Source: Epithemia pelagica (lineage: Eukaryota; Protista; Bacillariophyta). Taken from it: a stretch of DNA of 64,000 nucleotides. The notes beneath the pieces are model-generated. The model saw only the letters and a list, made by a program, of their open reading frames with translations. It did no database searches and was not told the origin of the DNA. Every line of letters begins with the position of its first letter. The stretch's first letter is position 1. The translations under genes were made by a program, and so were the position numbers. Shown here in pieces: positions 57,440 through 64,000 of this stretch. Location of the stretch: contig OX337241.1 in the NCBI GenBank assembly GCA_946965045.2, positions 2,790,001-2,854,000 on the forward strand. Direction: 5' to 3'.

Positions 57440-58390
57440 CTAAATGGAAGGATATCGTCGGCCGTCGGTTTTTTGGGAAGTGAGAGAGGCAACGCCTAGA
57501 TACCGGGCAAACAGTCTGGATGGGGCACTGATATTTTCGCACGCACGACGAAGAACCATGGCTTGATTGTGACGGTTCGTCGTTTGCGACCTCTCCTTGA
57601 CCAGGTTTCGCCGGTTCTGCCTCGCAAAATTGGACTGAACTTTACAGACGACAGTTTGTAACCGTTTGCGCCGACGTTGCTTGTCGACATAAACTTCATG
57701 TCCGAGCATTCGTTCGAGACCGACAACTTGCCAACAACCATGATTCTCAACACCGAGATGCTTCAGATAATAGGAACCGGTCACATTGATTGGTTTCATC
57801 TGGGATCTTGAAGAAGGAGCGCAATCCTGTTTGATGGCACGGTAGGCTCTTCGGATCACAGCAGTCGCAGTGTCATCCCATTCACGAGCTTCCTGAGAAG
57901 AAGGCCCATCATCTGTATCTTGTTTGCTTCTGATAGGATGGTCTGGTAGGTCTTCTTCGAATGGAACCGGAGGGGACCGATGGCGTTTCACGACATCTTT
58001 GGCCTCTGCAATCAAATCTGCCTTGAAGTTTTCATAATCTTGAGAAGTATACCATCGTGACGAAACATCGGATGTCGGGTGCGATGGAATATCCATGTTG
58101 TGGGCTTGTTTTTCTCTGGATGATGGTATCTTGATAACTTTGGGGTCAAATCGAACAGTTTTCATGGTTCTGGATCGTTCCAAAATGCCAGGATTCTGCA
58201 AATCGTCGTCTAGATTTCGTGGCTTCATGGGTTCACAAGCGTCCATGAATTCCAATACCTTATCCAATACCGGGTCCATGAGCAAGGAAAGTGCGGACCA
58301 CTTAATGGGCGACTGAAGCGTTGATGAAGGAAACACCATGCAGCTTAGTTTCTTGTCTCGTGCTGTTGTTCGCACCATTGTGTCTGTCAA
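57440..58390 (-). CDS. Diatom orphan family member 4 (tandem paralog of member 3)
   Basis: LSLLMDPVLDKVL, KTVRFDP, RWYTSQDYENFKADLIAEAK, VVGLER, CENISAPSRLFARYLG. Confidence 0.8.
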   Translation of the reverse strand: MTDTMVRTTARDKKLSCMVFPSSTLQSPIKWSALSLLMDPVLDKVLEFMDACEPMKPRNLDDDLQNPGILERSRTMKTVRFDPKVIKIPSSREKQAHNMDIPSHPTSDVSSRWYTSQDYENFKADLIAEAKDVVKRHRSPPVPFEEDLPDHPIRSKQDTDDGPSSQEAREWDDTATAVIRRAYRAIKQDCAPSSRSQMKPINVTGSYYLKHLGVENHGCWQVVGLERMLGHEVYVDKQRRRKRLQTVVCKVQSNFARQNRRNLVKERSQTTNRHNQAMVLRRACENISAPSRLFARYLGVASLTSQKTDGRRYPSI

Positions 58391-58599
58391 ATGACTGAGA
58401 AAGATCGTTGTAGATGACTGGAAGGTCTCTTGTTGGATGCTTTCACATGTGAAATAATGAGACTTTTGTGTCTCGCTTCTCTCGTTTCATGGGCTGCGAG
58501 CAATGAGCGCGACCGGCAAGAAAGATTCCAGGGGGAGGTTCCGAATTACCAAAGGGCTCGATGGAAATATTTTTAGCCTTCGAGTCCGCTAGTACTAGT

Positions 58600-59760
58600 A
58601 AGGGCTGGGGATATAGGTATCAAGTTTCATCGCCGAAGTTTCTCCGCCTAAACTTCGGCACCTAAGTTTCTCCGAAGTTTCATGACGCTGCTTTGGCCTT
58701 ACCTAAGTTTCGGGTGGCCCTTTAAATATTTAGCCTATGTATTGAATCCTGTCTGTGAACGTTGGTGTCAACGTCCATATCTTCCGAGTGGTCTTTCGTG
58801 TGGATGTCCATTCTGCCGACCAAACATGATCTGCCGTCTCGAATCGACAGGAACCATGTACCATGTACCCGTCTCCATCTTCATCCAACAACCAAACAAA
58901 AATCGTGATTGCTGCTGTGGTGATCACTGACGAGCATTGATAACCATCATGGACAACCTTACGGAGGTTGAGCAGGACGTTGGTACCTCCCCGTCATTTG
59001 CCAATATATCTCCATTGACAGACGACCAACAGCAGATGTTGGAGGCCCAGACGAACCAAAACGATGTCAACGAGGTGGTTGCAGAGGATGTCGAAGAAGT
59101 GGCAGAAGTGCAAGTGCTGGTGGGAGCAAAGCGAAAGGCCAATCCTCCCAAAAATAAGGCCAATCAACTTGTCCGAGATCAATTCAAGATCGGGCCAGAC
59201 CCCAACAGACAGGGGTATCTGGCCGTTGTATGCGTGCATTGTAAACAGTTCCGATCCTGGAAAACATTCAACGCGAGTGTTGCCTACAACCACATTATCC
59301 ACAAGTGTCGTAAAGTTCCTGCAACCATCAAAGACAGTTGTGAAGACGCGACACAAGCTTCGAAGCGGGCCAAGAAGCAACTCGGGTTGATTGTTGGTGG
59401 TCCATTGAGTCAAGAGTCGTCGGCTTCTGTCAGCAACAGCAGTGGCAGTGGTGAGAATGTTGTCAGCAATGGTAGTAGTTCCCGTAAGGCTCCATCCACC
59501 ATCACCACCACCAAGAAACAGTCTTCGTCACAGCAATCATCCATGCTGCAGTTTGGCCACATTGTCAACGAAGTAACTGCAAACAAGGCAATCACAAAGT
59601 TTGTCAAAACGATGCTGGCACGTTTCGAACCACTCAACAGGGTTAGTGACCCATTCTTCCAGGACGAGATGGTGTCACGTTGGGGAAAGGCTATTCTTCG
59701 ACACCTAGTAGAACTCTCACCGAAAATCATCGGTTAGGTTCGGCACCTCATCGGTTAGTC
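58600..59760 (+). mobile_element. Truncated hAT-like DNA transposon: 5' end with subterminal repeats and zf-BED ORF (58937..59737)
   Basis: agggctggg TIR-like start; five AAGTTTC motifs at 58620-58710; BED finger VCVHC..NHIIHKC; EPLNRVSDPFF motif; no DDE domain. Confidence 0.65.
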
Positions 59761-60510
59761 GAGTCCCGTGGCTTCAAACATCACCTACCTCACCTACATC
59801 CACACTAAATACCTAGCTTCGCGCTAGCTCAACCTATATTTCGGTCGCATATACCAAAAAGTGAGAACAGATTGACGAACGTGCTATCAAGAATCAACTT
59901 TGGTCTTGATATCCCATCAACGGATGATCATCCGTTGAACATCCGAGCCTGACCTATGCCCTAAGCGTGCGCGCCCAAATTCGTCAAGATGCGCGCAAGA
60001 ACTATCCGAGCGTGGCGATCATGTATCCGACCCAACGGTCTAAGTACACAAGGCACGAATCACGATCACGCGAGACCATATCATCGTTACCACTATTTCA
60101 AGATTGCAAACAAGGACGCGCCAACAAAACTACATATACCAACTTTAGCCAAGAATCGTTGAGGCTGTATATGATATACAAGCACATATACATGTTATAT
60201 ACCTCACATACATCAACTCCAACCATTCCAGACCTATCACCGCCAAGAACCTATTTCACACGATTAACAACAAGAATGGAAATCTCACACACCAAACCTA
60301 GTAGTAAGCTCACAATCATTAACATTACCATATCATCACGTCTTCAGTGTCCTGACTATCCCTACGATAGAACCCTTGGGTTTCCTTTGTTCTCTGACCC
60401 GTGGAGAACCTTGGTATCAGTTGGTAATCGATTGTGGCTCTTCTAGAGCGTGTACTGACGGAATTCTACTAGATTAACAGTCTCACCTGTCTCATTTCCC
60501 CGAAGTTTTC

Positions 60511-61284
60511 ATGTCAAGTGACTCCAATACTCCTGTCCGTCGGATCTACAACGCTTTCCAGCAGAGTGGTGACCCAACACAGCAGATTGCCGTCCACCCT
60601 GGCAAATTCCTCATCGAGACGCCCTCTAACTCCCCGGAGAAGGCTAGCGCGCCTAATCCGTTCCAGACTCCCGATCAAGTCGTCCCTCCGCCGTCCGACC
60701 CGAATCGCCCGCCGAACACCCTTGCACGCCGACCGAGTACACCTCCTCGCCCGAACCCAACTCGCACCCGACGTACGAGCCGTCTCATCAACGCGCACCT
60801 CCGTTACTTCCGCGAGCCATCCGAGTATCAGAGCGACCCGGACCACATCCGTTCGACGCTCGAACACGAGGTCTCGTTCGAGTCCGTCCAACCCGTCGTC
60901 GACCTAGAGGATATCCAACGACTCCTAGACTTGCTATACCAATCTCCAAGCTACCGATACATAGCGACGACCCTATCGACCACCCCATCAGGCTGCCTTC
61001 GGGTACGCTTCCTTACTTTCCAGCGTCCGGTCAATTACTTCCATACCATTTGGGTCGTGAACAAGACTAACCAACCTCTTCCTACCTTGACTACCCGTCT
61101 CGACGACTACGTTGGTTTCATCCACGTTATCAAGTTGCACCAGGACTTCCGTGCCACTATCTTCCCTCTACTCTCCCAACCAGTGAACCACCTAGTTGAG
61201 GCAACGAAGAAGCTACCTCTGTTACTGAGTCTCCGATTCAACTTGATTACCACAACGAGCCCAGAAGTGACCACGTTTAAGTAA
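60511..61284 (+). CDS. Extra ORF (ORF0, 257 aa) between the putative LTR and gag
   Basis: Intact ATG-to-TAA ORF, Pro-rich N-terminal half and ordered-looking C-terminal half; no recognisable motif. Confidence 0.55.
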   Translation: MSSDSNTPVRRIYNAFQQSGDPTQQIAVHPGKFLIETPSNSPEKASAPNPFQTPDQVVPPPSDPNRPPNTLARRPSTPPRPNPTRTRRTSRLINAHLRYFREPSEYQSDPDHIRSTLEHEVSFESVQPVVDLEDIQRLLDLLYQSPSYRYIATTLSTTPSGCLRVRFLTFQRPVNYFHTIWVVNKTNQPLPTLTTRLDDYVGFIHVIKLHQDFRATIFPLLSQPVNHLVEATKKLPLLLSLRFNLITTTSPEVTTFK

Positions 61285-61329
61285 TTTTAAGTAGTTTTCA
61301 CACCAAACCAGAGACAAAACCGAGTTCCT

Positions 61330-61417
61330 CACATCCGGGTTACCTTTCGGACATCACATCATACGTGGACATACGTGGCACATCCGGGTTCTAAAAGGCA
61401 CACCACACATCCGGGTT
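61330..61417 (+). repeat. Three copies of CACATCCGGGTT in the pre-gag leader
   Basis: 61330-61341, 61379-61390 and 61406-61417, plus two catacgtgg copies between them. Confidence 0.9.
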
Positions 61418-61494
61418 ACAAAACATAACTAAAGTTTTCGACTAAGACATCACAGGACACATATCAACATATCTTATCACCAAGTCAAGCAATC

Positions 61495-64000
61495 ATGGAA
61501 CCAACTACACCGACCACACCAGAGTTCAACACCAATCAAAGTATATCTGATCAAGAAGTCTTTGATCATATTACTCAGGTGTTGTTCAACTTTTCCAAGG
61601 AAAGGGTCGATGTACTCGTGAAATGGATGCACCATCATGCTTTTGATGATATCCTTAGTATCATTGAACATATGGCAATTGACCCTGAGAAGAACATGGA
61701 TAGTATGACAAAATACAAGTCAGGAAAACAAATGCACGACCTACATGTCAATACAAGCCAGCAGATCAAGTTGCTTGCCCATTGGTTCCGACAAACGAGT
61801 ATCGACATCCAGGGTATACCTTCCAAGGCAACCTGGATGAATCTGACCAAGGCAGAATTTGATCTATGGAGGATAAACACTGACTTTCGCTCCGGAAGCC
61901 CTATCAATGACCCAGTATCACCTATGAAATCTCCATCCCATTCGACGTCACCCAAATCGTTTAGTACTACTTCTGCTGCATCACAGTCCCAACTGGACCT
62001 AACCGCATTCAAGAAGGGTACCAAGCGTGACGCTATGGCATATGAAACATTCAAGGATGAACGATACTACGACACATTCTGGAGGACTTTCAAGACCACA
62101 GCAAAAGCCCAAGGTTTATCTAATGTTCTTGACTTCCGATACAAGCCGCCGACGAATGATACATATGCAACAGAACTTTTCCAAGAGCAACAAATCTTCC
62201 TATACTTCGTCCTTGTGCGCATCATCCAGACTGATGAAGGAAGAGCTTATGTTCGCGAACATGAACATGATGAAGACGCACGAGCAGTGTTACAGAAGCT
62301 TCACACATTGCATACGAAGTCAGACTTAGCGAAACGAGAGGTCTTACGATTAACCAATTACATCTCCAACCTTCGCCTCGATGATACATGGCGTGGATCA
62401 TCACGTCAATTTTTGCTTCATTTCCAAGACAAACTACGTTTACTCGATAACCTTGTTGATCTCTCCGATCGCATACCTGATCACACCAGGATGACGTTTC
62501 TTATGTAAGCTGTCGAGAAGGTACCTGACCTTCGCAGAGTTAAAATCTTGGACAACGTCGTCAACACGAAGTCTGGAGCAAAGTCTTTATGCTATCAGTC
62601 GTACTTCTCCATTTTGATGGACGCAGCATATGACCATGATCAAGTCACGCAATCTTCTGCAACTGGTCGTCGTCGTAGTGTCAAGCAACACGAGCAACAC
62701 GAAACACAACATGATATTGAGGGATCCCTTCAGGAAGACGATGCATATCAGATAAACAATACCAATGTCCAAGATGATAACACGGCATCTCCAAAAGCCA
62801 GTCTTCCTCGTGACCTATGGTTTAAACTTCCTGAGGATGCTCGCAAGATGATTGTTGAGTATAACAAGAACGTGCAAGCTTCTACTCCAAGTCCAAGAAA
62901 AGTACAGCAACACTCCCTTGACATTGATCCTGAACCTGATCCTGACCCTGGTCAAGATGTTTTCGATGACCTGGACAACCCCACATATCCGCAGGATGAT
63001 TCCGATCCAGCCACCCATCTCATCCATCAAGCAATGACGTCAACCGACCTCAATCACCCAGCTTCTGATTTGTCTAATGTTCTATCCAATGCCGCATCTA
63101 AGACGAGTAAGAAAGTTAGTTTCAACCAGAATGAGCACAAGCAGAAGGTCCACATGACTCAATATATGTTCTCTCGAAAGTCGACTTATACTGGGAATCA
63201 ACTCATTGATCGTGGTGCCAATGGTGGTTTAGCCGGAGCTGACATGCGTATCCTTTCCAAGACAGGTCGTAACATCACGATTGTGGGAATCGACAACCAT
63301 GAACTTACTGGTCTCCCCATTGTCACTTGTGCTGCCAAGTTTGAAACTAATGATGGACCAATCGTTGGTATCTTCAACGAATATGCATACTATGGAAAAG
63401 GACAGTCTATACATGCGCCTTGTCAATTGGAACATTATGGGCTATCTGTGGATGAACGTTCTGTCAAGGTGGATGGAAAGCAACGTATCACTACCCTTGA
63501 TGGACGTGCTTTACCTCTGTGTATCAAGGATGGACTTGCCTTTATCCACTCATTAGGTATCCCTTCTGATGATGACATAGACCGATTGCCGCAAATCATC
63601 TTTACTTCGCCATCTACTTGGGACCCCTCTGTTCTTGACCATACTCATTCTGATCCACAGCATGATGCTTCTACTACATGGCATCAGGTTGCGACCGACG
63701 GCAGTATGGCACGTTATCCATATGACACGTATGGGGAGTACACTGATCGTGTTGTCTGCAATCTCAATCTTCTCCTTGACCTTCCTTATGACCACGGACC
63801 CGACAACACCACATATTTCTCTATCTATGCTGATGCTAATGGTGAAGACCCAACCCTTCAACACGCATCTGTCCATCGTCGTTATGTGGAAGAACATGAT
63901 TGGAAACAATTTCGTCCCTTCTTTGGTTGGCAATCCGAGGAAGTTATTGCCGATACTTTCAAGCATACTACACGACATGCTAATGTGATTTTTGACTGTG
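61495..64000 (+). pseudogene. Copia gag-pol polyprotein with one in-frame TAA (62506-62508)
   Basis: ...RMTFLM*AVEKVPDLRRVK... continues in frame through the protease (LIDRGANGGLAG) to the window end. Confidence 0.85.

Larger units (their letters stand above)
59860..64000 (+). mobile_element. Ty1/copia LTR retrotransposon of the diatom CoDi type, 5' part (runs off the window)
   Basis: Candidate 5' LTR about 59862 (TGAGA) to 60479 (TTAACA); boundaries tentative. Gag FKKGTKRD..FKDERYYDTFWRTF..AQGLSNVLD; protease LIDRGANGG at about 63202; the frame stays open to the window end apart from one TAA. Confidence 0.88.

Noticed and set aside
60412-60420. TGGTATCAG as tRNA-iMet primer-binding site
   Set aside because: Only 9 nt match and it is not preceded by a CA LTR end; it lies inside the candidate LTR, so it is not called.
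30320-62508. Stop-codon reassignment (TAA as sense) to explain the in-frame TAAs
   Set aside because: TAA terminates clearly intact genes in the same window, and frameshifts co-occur, which favours mutation or assembly error.

Overview
Eukaryotic nuclear DNA, almost certainly a (pennate) diatom. Evidence: short GT-AG introns with gtacgt/gtaagt donors, a bipartite ASAF-type plastid presequence, a CBA1-like gene, DUF6824-type genes and a CoDi-type copia element. No rRNA, tRNA or CRISPR features were found. Apparently intact host genes: GT31/Fringe-like glycosyltransferase, plastid-targeted orphan, CBA1-like protein, UBE2S, two tandem DUF6824 genes, ZIP transporter, cyclophilin-like coiled-coil protein, RING protein, subtilase with a C-terminal CBM14-like domain, a large membrane protein, and three of four members of one orphan diatom family. 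Several other genes carry only one or two lesions. Mobile DNA is dense: (1) a Crypton-like tyrosine-recombinase (YR) element with flanking GGGACAC/GTCCCT hairpin arrays; (2) a 1.13-kb element with 30-bp TIRs; (3) a decayed PIF/Harbinger transposase; (4) an AT-rich GTAC array; (5) a truncated hAT fragment followed by a copia element with an extra ORF upstream of gag; (6) a complete, apparently young 9.1-kb DIRS-order YR retrotransposon with split direct repeats (A1-ORFs-B1-A2-B2, 37205-46296). Element 6 is the most interesting system. Its pol ORF begins with a domain that follows the motif order of a C5-cytosine DNA methyltransferase. Its gag and pol are in one frame separated by a single TGA. 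Its A2 and B2 repeats are joined by a canonical G-quadruplex motif, and its empty target site reconstitutes a 10-bp inverted repeat. All family assignments are by-eye motif recognition; no database searches were run.
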